This document shows, piece after piece, positions 25,350-37,789 of a DNA stretch of 64,000 nt. Below the pieces are notes generated by a model, which did not search any database, had not been told where the DNA came from, and was given only the letters and a program-made list of their open reading frames with translations. Location of the stretch: the NCBI RefSeq assembly GCF_964355755.1, contig NC_092677.1, positions 6,470,101 through 6,534,100 on the forward strand. The letters are read 5' to 3'. Made by a program: the position numbers and the translations under genes. Positions within the stretch are counted from its first letter, which is position 1. Every line of letters begins with the position of its first letter. Origin of the DNA: Antedon mediterranea (taxonomy: Eukaryota > Animalia > Echinodermata).

Positions 25350-25570
25350 AAATTTGACATCGCGAAGTGTTTACGTACGAGAGAGCGACCGATGATGTTA
25401 TTTTCGCTGAGAGCCCATGCACTAGTGACGTGTAAAAGTTGTTAATACTTTGATTGGCCAATCGTCGGCGACAAAACAATTGGTATGGACCAATCACTGG
25501 TGTTCAATTCCAAATAGACAAAGCAACTTTTTCTAGATCAAACCAGATTGTGTACGTGACGTCACGTAAT
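25350..25570 (-). promoter_or_regulatory. Probable LRRC58 proximal promoter with CCAAT boxes and a perfect CRE/ATF palindrome
   Basis: gattggccaatc at about 25452-25463, ccaatca at about 25490, cgtgacgtcacg at 25555-25566, gtgacgtg at about 25425; CpG-rich relative to flanks. Confidence 0.55.
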
Positions 25571-26639
25571 GAAAGAATCGGGAAAAAAACGAAACCAAAG
25601 ATCTTATCAGAAACGGTAATCATTATAGGGGGAGCTATACTAACTAGAGCAGTCAATTTTTTATCGAATGAAAAAAATATTCTCTGAGTATTCAATGAAT
25701 ACAAACAAAAATTGTTTTATAAGACCTACTTTTATTAAATGTACAACCCATCATATATCATTGATGAATGCTAGGCCAGCAATTAGTTAAGTCATTCGAA
25801 AAAAGGCAATGCTTCAACTTTTAAATGCAGACTGAGCAGTTGATTAAAAAGCGGCGATCAGTCAACAACGTATTGCAGTAAATATTCTTAAAAGTTTACA
25901 AAAAGCTGAAGCACAGAGCATTATTTATCACCATTAGATATCACCTTTTCGTTGGGTAGGGCTAATTCCAAATAACATTATCGAAACCAGGTTTGTATTA
26001 AAATATAAAAATTAGTTTTATTTTAATTGGGGCCTTTCTTCAATTATATATGCAGCTGTTAATAATTTCTGGCGTAGGCGCAAGTTAAATTTTCGAAAAC
26101 CTGTGTTAAATAGTTTGTAAATATTACTTTATTTATATGCTAATTTCAAATTAGATTTCCGGGAGAGGATGTCATGTATAATACAACGGATCTACCGGGC
26201 AAGATATTATATAATTAATTTTGCCTTCAGAGGCTCCCAACTTTTTTTCTTTCTTTAGTATTAACTATTGGCCAAACAAAAGTTACATATAGGCCTACTG
26301 TATTGTAACCATAAATAAAACATCTTGTATTGTATCTGCTGCTCACCTGTGCACCCTGATGAAATTGAATTTGTGTTTTGGGGAGAATCATTTAACCTTA
26401 ACATCATACAACAGTGTGAACATCGTATTCTGGCAAAAATTGCGCACAGAGGTAAATAATAGGATAGTTTATGATTTATTACTATGCGCAACTAATACCA
26501 TTTCAAAATTAAACATAATGATTAAAATAATTACACTTGTTATATAGGGACAGTGTTTGGTGAATTAAAGGCGTCATAGGCGCTCCATGTACAGTTTGTC
26601 ACTTTGTTGTCGTTGAGGGCGGGCGATTACAAAATATTC

Positions 26640-29600
26640 ATGATGAACAACATGGCTGAAAAATCGACAAGTTCTGAAACTACCGATGATAATTCAAGTG
26701 GTTCACGGCTGGCAATCGACATAAAAACGCGAGAAAAAACACAAGAAATTGATCCAGAATTAGATGAACTTTTAGATAGTATGTTTTATCAATTAATTAA
26801 AGCCAAGGCCTAGTAGCTAGGCTAGATAGAGGCTAGCTAGGCCATGGGAGGCTAATCCGCCTCTCTAGGCTAGCCCTCCTCTAGGATCGGAACTCTAGGT
26901 CTAGAGGCCTAGTAGGTAGGGCCTAACTAGACCCAGTCCTACCTAGAGCCTAGGCCTAGTAGTAGCCTAGCCTGTAGCGGGAATCTAGGCCTACCTACAC
27001 TATTTACTATTCACGTAGTAGAAGAGAGTTAGACTAAAACTAAACTGGTTTGTTGCCATAGCCTATAGTATAGGCATATATAAATGAAATGGGAATCCAA
27101 TGAAATGGCCTACTTGCTACCGACCGAGGCGAAAAGTCTACTCTAGCTAGGCCCTAGCTAGGCCTAGATCTAAACATGTTTATAGAATAGCTAGCTAGAT
27201 CTCCCTCTAGAGGCTAGAGCTAGTACTTCTACTACTACTTTTTTTTTTCTTTATGTTTCGAGTGCACAATAGCGACCACCACGGCTTAAGATACAACAAT
27301 AGAATAGTATTGGGCCTAGTAGCCCTATAGAGGCTATTTTTTTGTATTATATTTAAAAAACTAAATATTAAATATTAGGCCTAGTATTATTTAAATTCAC
27401 CTGCTGGCTGCATTCTCAAATTTAAATAATTATTCTTTTTTTTAAGGTGTTTTAGAGGACTTAAATGAAGGACCAGCAAAAGAAAATGTCAAAGGTGCTA
27501 AATGTGATTCCCAACCTGATGTTAAAAAAACTAAGTCTGCTGCTACAAATAGTGTACAAAAAACAGAAGCTGTAATAGAACCAAAAGATGAAAGCACAAA
27601 GGTAATCAAATTATAGGCTAGCCAGACAGTCAACTTAACAATGTGTAACTGTAATTTGAATTTATAAGGTTTCTATGCACATTCGACCTTTTGTGTTGCA
27701 CTTGTTTGGTCAATTGTATGACCCACGACCCGTGTGAGAGGTGCTTCATGGATGCGTCATTTACAAATAAATATTGACACAGGGGTGTGTCGAAAGACCT
27801 ACCTACCGCTAACCGTTTTTCCAGTCATGTATGCTTCATGCCTACACTGTAGGTATCTCTTTCTTTGCTGAATCGTGTAGTACTTCACACATATATTATA
27901 GTAATACACTACACGATTCAGTAACTTTTATGTTCAATGTTCAATAGGGTTTGCTATGTTTTTTGGAGGTTTGCGGGGATTAGCTGCGTTTAGCAATGTT
28001 GTACCCTTAACAATAACATTAACAAAAGATATCTGATTTGCTGTGTCATTTTTATACTCGAACTGGAAAAGGAGGAAAAAAATTCACCAAATGTCATTAT
28101 TTTTCAAATTTGTTTTTACAGAAATATGGGCCTTCCATACCTCCTGCTCAGGAAGCACTTTTCAATGAATTATTTGGATCATCAGAAGTGGCTAGCGAGG
28201 CCACTAAAGAATTTCAGAATGCCATGCAGGATTTTATGAAGGATATAGAGGAAATGGGTGGTAACCATTCACCACCAGACTTTGCCAACTTTTTTGGAGC
28301 ACCTACTGCTCAACCTCCTGCTGCAGGAGCTTCTCAACCAAAAAGTGATGGCACCACACCTCTACCTAACAATCCAGCGGATTTAAACCAAACTTTGGGG
28401 GAAACATTTCAACGATTATCACAAACAGCTCAAGAGTTGCAGGTAATGGTCATTTATTTGCAAACAAATATATAATCAGCTGGGCTCGCACTGGCCGGTC
28501 GCCATGGCGAAAACGTTTCCAGATTGGCGAAAAATAAAACGGTTACTTCAGCCATTTTGGCGATGACATATGATAAAATAGATAATTAAATAATCATTTT
28601 GGCGAAATTCCAACTAAAAGGTCCATTTGTCGATCTCCAAGCATTTATTTTGTTCGTTATCACGTTGTTTACTTCAAGCTCCATTTTTCGTCAACTTGTT
28701 TCGTTGTACCAGGCGTCTCTTTGTTATTTCAAAAAGATGGAGATAGCAGAGGTAGACTGCACAGAGAGACAGACGTTACACGACACATGGATGATGAAGT
28801 CTACCCAAACTATCACGTGTTGTGCGCTGCACAAACGACTACGTAGCCGACGGTCGGCTAATTACCGGGATTGTCTATTTTTCGATAGGGGTGTACTTTT
28901 CAGATTAAAATGAAACATTATAGTATCTTCGATGAATGACGTCTTAATCTTATCGAAATCAAAAATGTATGCGTTATGCATTTTAGAGTCTTCCAATTTA
29001 ATGTAGTTTCATATTTTACCCTTAATAAACTTCCCTCGTGCGTCAGTGTAAACAAAACAACATGCGGGAAATGGTAGAGTCTAACTGGGATTTAGCTAAA
29101 CACACACGTGAATCTGAGCGGGGCCGGCCGCCGGCTTCTGTTTTGTTGTGTAAATAAATAATAATCGGGATAAATTTCTCGCCCTAACAGAAACGCTTCG
29201 GCGCAGCCTTGAGGAATGGAAAGACGTGTACTCTGTGCTTTGGCCTATATTATCTTACGTTCAACAACGATACGAGTGTTCGTTTGCTAGGAATTTTCCT
29301 CAATATTTTTAGCATACGATATACCGTTGCGTTGTTGTACATAATTTTGTAGGCCTAGGCCGGCGTTTCTGCACTTTAGCACATCTTGAGCATACCCAAT
29401 TTAAAAACATTAACCTGCTGCGCGGCGGTGATTCTGAGTGACCGTGAAGTCTAGGACACGATTTTCGCCTGGTACGCGATGGAAGACGTCACACACAAAC
29501 ATGACCAGCCAAGCGTAAAAAACAAAAGTAACATAGCGTTCAGGAGATTTCAGAAAACTGTAAAATGTTTCTTATTAAATTGATAACTGTATGAATGCTG

Positions 29601-32600
29601 TATGATTAAAAACAATTTGAAATTGAACAATTGTTTTGATCATGTAAAAAAAATACAAAAAAAATATTTTTTTTAATCATATACAATACAGTGATTTAGG
29701 CATGGTTCTTTATCTCAATGCCTTACAAAAACGTTCAGGGAACAGTGTATAGACCTGTTGACATAGATAAATTGACTAAAATGTTTTTACCACTATATTT
29801 CAACAATTTTCAATTTTGGCTAAAAACCGATTCATTTGGCTAAATAAAAAACTTTGCCTTTAGCCATTTTGGCTATAGATAAACTGATTTGACTAAAAAA
29901 AATATTTTGACTTTCGCCAAATGGCTAAACAAAATGAAATGTTAGTGCTACCCCAGATCGGCAATACTTAGGTATGTTTAGAATAGATGCTTAATACTAA
30001 TAGAAGACAGCAAAGTAATACCAACCAGGCAGGCACAGTACTGTACTTTTTAAATTGCTACCATATGTTTTGATATTTTAGTATCTATGAATTAGATTGT
30101 GAAAATTAATGTAGTCTTGTAGGCTAACTACCAGTGCAGTACTACCATCATGCCTCAGGCTTTTGTCTTTACCAAGCAATCGAACACATCTGTCGTCAAC
30201 TTGTTACTTACTTGTTATTTGTTTGCATAGCTATCCCCATTATTGGGGACATTTCGAAGTCATTGACATTATGTTGACATAGCACAACAATGAGAGACGT
30301 TAATTTTGATGAGAAGGTCATGGAACACTAATTAATTTTAAAAACAACTAAAAACCTGGGACCTGTAACCCTTGGTAGGGACCCTGACGGGTACTTTCCC
30401 TCCGGGTCAAAGGGATCCCGAAACTCATCGGTGGGCAGGGGCGCTCATCTCCCTGTTCAGGACTATTTCTGATGATTACCCAACCAAACGTTATTTTACT
30501 TCTATCTAAAGCATAGTTATATTCTAAGCAGCATTCTTCTGGTGCTTGCCTTCCATCTAACCACCTCTCAATCAGAGTATAGAAATAGAAAAACAACCAC
30601 TGTATGTACATTAAACAATTTTGATTGTAGTAGGCCTAGAATGTTATAGCACCCTCTATTTTAAATTATAGCAACTTGAATACCACTTACTAATACTGAA
30701 CGTACAAACGTATTTTTAATAATAGCACTAAACCTAAATCTGTTGCCTACTGTTCTTTAATTTTAAATTATTAATTAATTAATTATTAATTTGAACTTTA
30801 TTCATTAAATCTATAACAAAACATGAACACAATTTAAACTTAGGCCTACTGAACCGAGACTGAAAAATTAAATTAATGGCTATTATCTTATTCTCAGTAC
30901 TACTACACTATCAAACTTTATGTGACAACAAAATGTGATGTGCCCATATGGACATGATGATGTCATATCACTACTATATTTGGGCACATCATACTTTTTT
31001 GTAGTGATATATGATACCACTGTGTTATAATTGAACATTATCTTTATACTTGAAAGAATACATAATTTAATATAGGCAAAATGTCATTAGCCTAGTTATA
31101 GTCTAAACATAAAAGATTAAATGATATATTCAGACCACACAAAATAATCTACCAATTAGTAACTGATCATATTGCAAATATTTCATTATACTGGCTTGTA
31201 TTGAAACGATAATATAAAGGGAAAAACACAATTACTACCGTATTTCAATCCTCCTAATAATGTACACAATTGTGTACAGCATTCAATGAAATTGTTGCTG
31301 GTAATTATGAAGCCCCTTTCAGACCTAAATTGAATTGAATTGTGCAATTTAGCCAAAAGGTTTAAAACTCTAAAAATAGGATAAGAGATCAAGCACAACG
31401 GAGAATTGTTTTGACGTAAGAGAGAGAGAAAAAAAGAACTGTGACCGTATTTATACTTCCATTCAATGTTTATAGTACATTATACTTTACATAAAGTTTG
31501 ATAGTTGGCATTTCCATGAGATAGTGGACATGTCCTGAAAATTTCATATTTAGACAATTATCATAAATTATATGCCCTGACTGCATTCCATATAAGTTAT
31601 ACTTCTATAAACAAAAAAAACTTATTGCAATTTCTTTAATATTTTTTAGAATATGAAGAAAATATCGACATATTTTATTAAGTGAAAATAGTACTAGTAG
31701 ATACGTATTTAGATAAATATTTTTTTTACAAAATTCCTTGGTACTGTAGGGGTCTGTTGCACAAAGTGTAAAAATGTGCCAGTATGTACTCAATTGATCA
31801 TTATCTTTCCTTTAATAAAGGCCAATTCAGAATGTGTCAGTTAGACTGAGTTCACTTTAAGTATACAATTGTTAAAAATAGATTACTGTATTCATTAAAT
31901 GAACAAAAACATTCACACTTATGCTGTGAATTATCCGTTTTTCGCAGGGAGATGAACATATGTTTCGTTCAATGGGAGATTTAAATTTAGGTGGTGGTGG
32001 TCCAGGTGGTCCAGACAACATATTTTTACCAATGATGCAAGAAATGATGCAAGGTTTGTTATCAAAGGATGTGCTCTACCCATCATTAAAAGAAATAATT
32101 GATAAGGTATACATTGAGGATGATTTTTATTTAACACCTGAATAAATTCCTGTTTGATTTGATGATTGTTAGTCACATGGCATGTCACATGCTGTGCAAT
32201 AGTACATACTATGTAATGATTGTGTAAAAGTACTTTTCATTTTTTTTTTTTTCATGTATGAAAAACCTTCTAGCATACGGTAAATAAATCTGCGTGAAAT
32301 CCAATAGCATCTGTTGTTTTACGAACAGAAGCAGCAATGCGCACAACGTGATCTCTCTTTCACAACAAAAAGATCAGAACAAGGAAGCTATTGAGATGTC
32401 ATATAAAACAAATAATGAATGTTTTTATATTTGTGCGCTAGTAAAGTAAAGTAAATAAAAATATTTTCATTTGGTGAAATATGAAATTTTAATTTCGCCT
32501 CATGATAATAGGATTTCATCTTTCACCTCATGACATTATTTGTACTATCGCACTCATAAACATTCATTATTTATATAATAATTAGCATACATAATATGTA

Positions 32601-34175
32601 TTGTATGACTAAATAAAATCCCACCCACTTTAAGCTAAATTCATTCCATTGTACCAAGCAATCCAAGTATAATCCAACCCCTAATTTTTCACAAATGATC
32701 AAGTTTGAATTAAAGTTTTTGTTTTATTTTTTTGTATTAATTTCCCTTATTTATTTCTTCAGTACCCAGAGTGGTTAGAGAACAACGAATCATCTTTAGA
32801 AAAATCAGAATTTGAGAGATACAAAAAACAGCAAAAAATGATGGGTCAATTATGTGACCTTTACGAAAGCGAGAAGTCAAGTGATCGCCAGGAGGTCAAA
32901 CAGCAGAGGTTACTACAGATCATTGAACTTGTACAGCAGGTTATTATTTTTTGTTTTACTAAACATTTATCAAATGACTAATTTACAAGTGGCTGTTAAC
33001 AAAATCTCATACAAAGCATTACATAAGCTGTTCATCAAGTCCCATAATTTGCCAACAATTGTACAGTGCAAGACATGTTTTATCATCATTGCTAATCACT
33101 TTCTATGGAAAGTTCAATGTACAGATACATTAAATCTGTTATCAATGAATACTTTGCAATTTTTTTTTTTAATTCAACGAGAAGAGCATTCCCATCAACA
33201 ATCATTCTTAAAATTTGAAATTTATTTGTTTTTTTGCTTTTCAAGATGGAGTCTCTCGGACAACCACCAAAGGAGTTAGCAGGAGATATGGTTAGTCAAT
33301 GTTTTTATTGTATTCCATCATCATTTATATAATCATAAATGACAGTTTCTCATCCTCATTGTTATTAATAACATCTTCTACATAATTACTTTCATCATCA
33401 TCTTTAACATTTCCTTTATAATTCTCTCATTACAGTATTTATATCCTTTCATAATCATTATTGCCATTTAGCATTATTCTCTTATAATTGACATTAATAA
33501 CATCATTATCATGATCATCAATTCCATAATTATCCTTATCTTTCTTCCTTCTTCTTTCATCATTCTTTATAATCTTTATCATTTATTACATTGTCATAGT
33601 TATCTTTAACCTTATCATCATCATCACAATCATCATTCATCGCATTGTCATTATTATCGTCATCATTATCATCATCATCATCATCGCAATCATCATCATT
33701 TATCGCATTGTCGTCATTATCGTCAACCTTATCATCATTACAATCATCATTTATCGCATTGTCATCATTATCTTCAACCTTATCATTATCATCATCATCA
33801 TCACATTCATCATTTATCGCATTGTCATCATTATCTTCAACCTTATCATCATCATCATCATCACAATCATCATTTATCGCATTGTCATCATTATCTTCAA
33901 CCTTATCATTATCATCATCATCATCACAATCATCATTTATCGCATTGTCATCATCTTCAACCTTATCATCATCATCATAGCTTTTTGAAAACCAAGGTAT
34001 TTTTGTAAAGGGAGGAATTAAGGAATCTAAATATTGTGTGTGTTTTCTGTAAATTACCGCAATGTTGTGCTTACAAATACCATTCCGTCCTCAGCCATTT
34101 GGATTTGACCTTGATGAAAATGGATTGCCAAAATTCCCAGGAATGCCTTCTGGAGAACAGTGTGCCATCATGTGA
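26640..34175 (+). CDS. PEX19: Peroxisomal biogenesis factor 19, about 358 aa
   Basis: Exons 26640-26778, 27447-27601, 28122-28442, 31948-32106, 32763-32939, 33246-33290, 34095-34175, in frame. DPELDELLDSVLED (PEX3-binding helix), MMQGLLSKDVLYPSLKEIIDKYPEWLE, ERYKKQ, LGQPPKELAG and C-terminal CaaX CAIM*. Start could be 26640, 26643 or 26652. Confidence 0.96.
26800..27390. other. TAGGCCTA/CTAG-rich patch (PEX19 first intron)
   Basis: Begins about 25 bp after the exon-1 donor at 26779; dense ctag/aggcct words. Confidence 0.75.
28480..29956. mobile_element. Non-autonomous hAT-like element (about 1.5 kb) in PEX19 intron 3
   Basis: Imperfect TIRs ctgggctcgcact ... agtgctaccccag; inverted subterminal tggc(g/t)aaa repeats at both ends; flanks atcag/atcgg (possible 5-bp TSD). 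Confidence 0.6.
32401..32577. mobile_element. Small AT-rich MITE
   Basis: atataaaacaaataatgaatgttt ... aaacattcattatttatata inverted termini. Confidence 0.6.
33310..33978. repeat. (ATC)n-derived micro/minisatellite with a higher-order unit of about 50-63 bp
   Basis: Repeats of tcatcatttatcgcattgtcatcattatcttcaacctta, preceded by degenerate atc-rich sequence. Confidence 0.9.
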
Positions 34176-35706
34176 CCAGCAACCTCGGTGAACGAACCAA
34201 CAGATGTGGGTAGTGCCAGAAGTACGGTAGCCCTAAGGTGCCATTGATCAGCTAAAAGGTGGAAATTATGGTGGCTCGTAGGTGCCACCATGTGATGCAT
34301 TCCATTTGATGTGAAATTATTCTGGAGTATAATGATAGAGAATGAAAATCTGAGTGAATTACCGTTTGATATAGTGTACTGTAATAATTAAGATCATAGT
34401 ATATTATTGTGGTTTATTATGTAATATTGTTTTACTTTACAAATTATTTAGGGTATTGATATATTATTTTATTAATAAGAAATTATGATGTCATAATAAT
34501 TATAAATACATTTTTTTATATAAATAAGGCTGATACAGGATTTTAAAGAATATTTTATTTAAAATTGAAGATAAATTTACAAATGTTTAGCATAGTTTGG
34601 ATGAGCTTTGTGGATTCACCAGAGTATAGAACTATGCAGTATTAAAAATGTATTTGAAGAGTGGCAAATGTTTTTACAGCCACATTTGTTATTAAGCAGC
34701 TGGAAAAATGTTGATGGCACCAGAGAACCGGAGCATCATCAAATTTAGTCAGCCAACGCGAAAACTGAACGCTGCCGGATAACAATTGTTTGTGCAACAA
34801 AGAATACAATTCACTTGTTTGTTGTATATCTGAAGAGGTCGCTGCACAGTCAAATACCGGTATATACAAGGGTCAATTCCCTGGTCAAGTCCCGCTAAAT
34901 CCAGCCATTTAAAACCTGATAACCAATGATTACTGTATTGATTTGATTCAAACAGATAACATTTATTTCGACCCTCAACCAGAGGTTTTCATGGTTAGAA
35001 AAAAACGCCGAAATTGAGGATCTTTGACGGTTGTTACAGCATAGTTAATTTGCAGCACAGATATCACTCATGTTAAAAGCAATGTTATAATATTTAACAA
35101 TACATGACACCAAGAAGCTTGGCACGCCGCCAAATTGCCACCATAATTGTTATTTATAGCATTCAATAACGGATTTTCAATTCCAATTTTAACACGTATA
35201 GTATTCTCTATACATCAGTTCTTATCATTTTAAGTACTATCAATAATTAAATACTTTATCTTATGGTAAAATAATTGTAAATCGAAGGTATTATTACATG
35301 AAGAAAGTGTTTGAATGACCGCCAGAACTAGTAACACAGTTCAGTGCGAATAATTGTGTTAAAATTGAGGAATCGGCGGAAATGTTGTATCCTTGTCTCG
35401 CACTAGGAAGCAACGCGTTAAGGCCAATTAACACAGTCAGATGGGTTTTTTTTAAACATTTTCACAAAACGCGGAGCGGACGGGAGAGGTTGAGTGGCAA
35501 CGCCGCGCGCACAGGATAGTTATAGATTGTATGTGGGACAAGCTACGCTGTTTCCGTTACCGCTCACCATCAACACAAACAATTAGACCAACACGTTGTT
35601 AAATAATTACTGACTTTAGAACTTGCTTACCAATCAAAGGGTGCAAATCCAGGACCACAAATATAAACATTACAAAGACCTTAATTTGAAATGAGATAAA
35701 AGCCCT

Positions 35707-35912
35707 AGTGTTGTCTAATGGTAGGCAGTGTGGTCTAATGGTAGGCAGTGTGGTCTAATGGTAGGCAGTGTGGTCTAATGGTAGGCAGTGTTGTCTAATG
35801 GTAGGCAGTGTTGTCTAATGATAGGCAGTGTTGTCTAATGGTAGGCAGTGTTGTCTAATTGTAGGCAGTGTGGTCTAATGGTAGGCAGTGTGGTCTAATG
35901 GTAGGCAGTGTG
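35707..35912 (+). repeat. 20-bp tandem array (gtgtggtctaatggtaggca), about 10 copies
   Basis: Near-perfect units with g/t variants. Confidence 0.95.
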
Positions 35913-35981
35913 TCATGGACAAAATACAGTATTACTTTTTTGGTCCATGGTCTGATATAGAGCCTATCAAGCAGTGTTGAT

Positions 35982-36122
35982 TAAGCTTCTTGGTTCCCAC
36001 TAGAACTCAAAGTAATGAAGCGAATTGACCAATCCAAGCGATGGATTATTCGAACCCTTCCTTGTGATTGGTCAATTTGCTTGCGTTACGGCTTGTTTGA
36101 CGTAAGTTCAGCAGGGAATACA
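35982..36122. mobile_element. MITE family with agcttggttcccactag termini (PIF/Harbinger-like)
   Basis: Terminal motif plus internal tgaccaatc/gattggtca inverted pair; relatives at 39695-39845, 41074-41180, 50063-50304, about 50985-51043 and about 60808. Confidence 0.65.
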
Positions 36123-37789
36123 GTAATACAAACAATTAGCCTAATTACCCTTTTTCAATATTCAAGGAGAGAAATGTAGCATCATTATGTATAGTTACGT
36201 AATTTTAATTCTAATCATGACTTGACTAAACAAAGCTAATTCCTCAATACTGAGAAATTTTACTGTGTAACGGTAATTATGGAGAGTGATGATTTGAAAT
36301 ACAATGCCCCAGAGCCATACTTACTGGTAATTGAATGTTTAATATCTTAGATGTGTCGTTTCGAACTAAATAATAGAATGTGATTGGTGAATTCGTCGAT
36401 GATAATTTTCAAGAAGGTTTCCGACAGTAGCATGCTTGTTGCAACACGTATAAAATATCTCGGTAAACGAGTTTATTGTAACACATAAATTGTACACATC
36501 AAAAAGAGAGTTTGATGTCGCCTTCATTCTTATTCCTAACAAATTAAACGTCACTTTAATTTAATTATGAGTTCTTCATTGTGTAATCTGGTAAGCAGTG
36601 ATTTTCCACATGCTCTGGGTGGTGATCAAGTGGCAATTCACACAATCAATAGTAGCATCATTCAGCCAAGTCTCTGTTAACACAGCTATATTTTATCGAC
36701 TTTGAATTTATAAATGGTGGCTTCAAGTAGTAAACGCCTCGTCGAAAAGGTTACGATACGAATTTGCGTTATTTCTAGGCGTCGTCCGTTATTTGGTTTC
36801 ATATGCCACCGGTACTCGTGCCACGTTGTTTTTTTAATTAAGGGTATATTACACAATACAATCATTCCGTGAAAGCACGACTGTTTTATTTAACAAGGCG
36901 GCGTCTTGTTAATAAAGCAGTTTAAACTCATCAGTTTTTAAACTTTTGCTTTACTTTGTTATTAAATTGCTCCAAGATTGCTCCTATCTTAAATCAATGC
37001 GGAAGTCATGTCATTCAAAAGCAGTGCTCTGATTTTTGCCGCATACTACTCGACTTTGGAGGTTCAGTCACAAGCCTCGTGTTGCTAAAAACATTTTGGC
37101 AAAAAAACTCCATGAAAATAGAACAATAAACAGATCTTTTTCCATGCAATAGAACCAGTATAGTTTAATTTTGTAATCCTATTTCAGTCCCATGAGCTTT
37201 ATTGTTGTGATTCTTTACAGTTATAAATGGTAAACTACTAACAGTAAATCACGTTTCACGGTTTTGTTAATACGCAGGTTGTCAATCTAACGATCGAATG
37301 TATTATACAATAACTGATGTTGGGATTGCCTATTGGATTATGACAATGTTTACTCGTGATTTGATGGGCATTTGAAATGTTAATGTAATAATAGATTGTT
37401 CAATAATAGAACAATCAACGGTATACTGAGTTATCGATATGAATCGGGATTATGATCAATGATAATTGATGACATTTAATTTCGTAAATTAACTTTATAT
37501 TAAATCGCTTCATCAACGCCTCCAGTCAATATCGTTTCAAGTTATATACATCATTGAACCAACCATGCATGTAGTCAAATAGGCATACAATATTACGCGT
37601 ATACAGTGTTTGTACGTATTGCGTTTTCGAACAACTAATTATGATTTAAGATTTAAAGGGAAACAATGTAGATTTTAGCACAATAACGAACCATCCTGCC
37701 TAAAAGAGAAGAATTTGGAAACAAGTCGTGAAAAGCGTATGTCTGAATGACGGAAATCGTTTCAAGAGTGAAAGAGGGGAATTCCATAG

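Noticed and set aside
25231-25497. In-frame N-terminal extension of LRRC58
   Set aside because: It has no in-frame ATG, runs into the CCAAT promoter region and shows no LRR character.
26320-26460. Exon-like segment (CICCSPVHPDEIEFVFWGES...) with a donor, between LRRC58 and PEX19
   Set aside because: No recognisable homology, start codon or partner exons; it could be a UTR exon or decayed fragment.
33645-33980. Ser-rich 111-aa ORF
   Set aside because: It is an (ATC)n-derived satellite inside a PEX19 intron.
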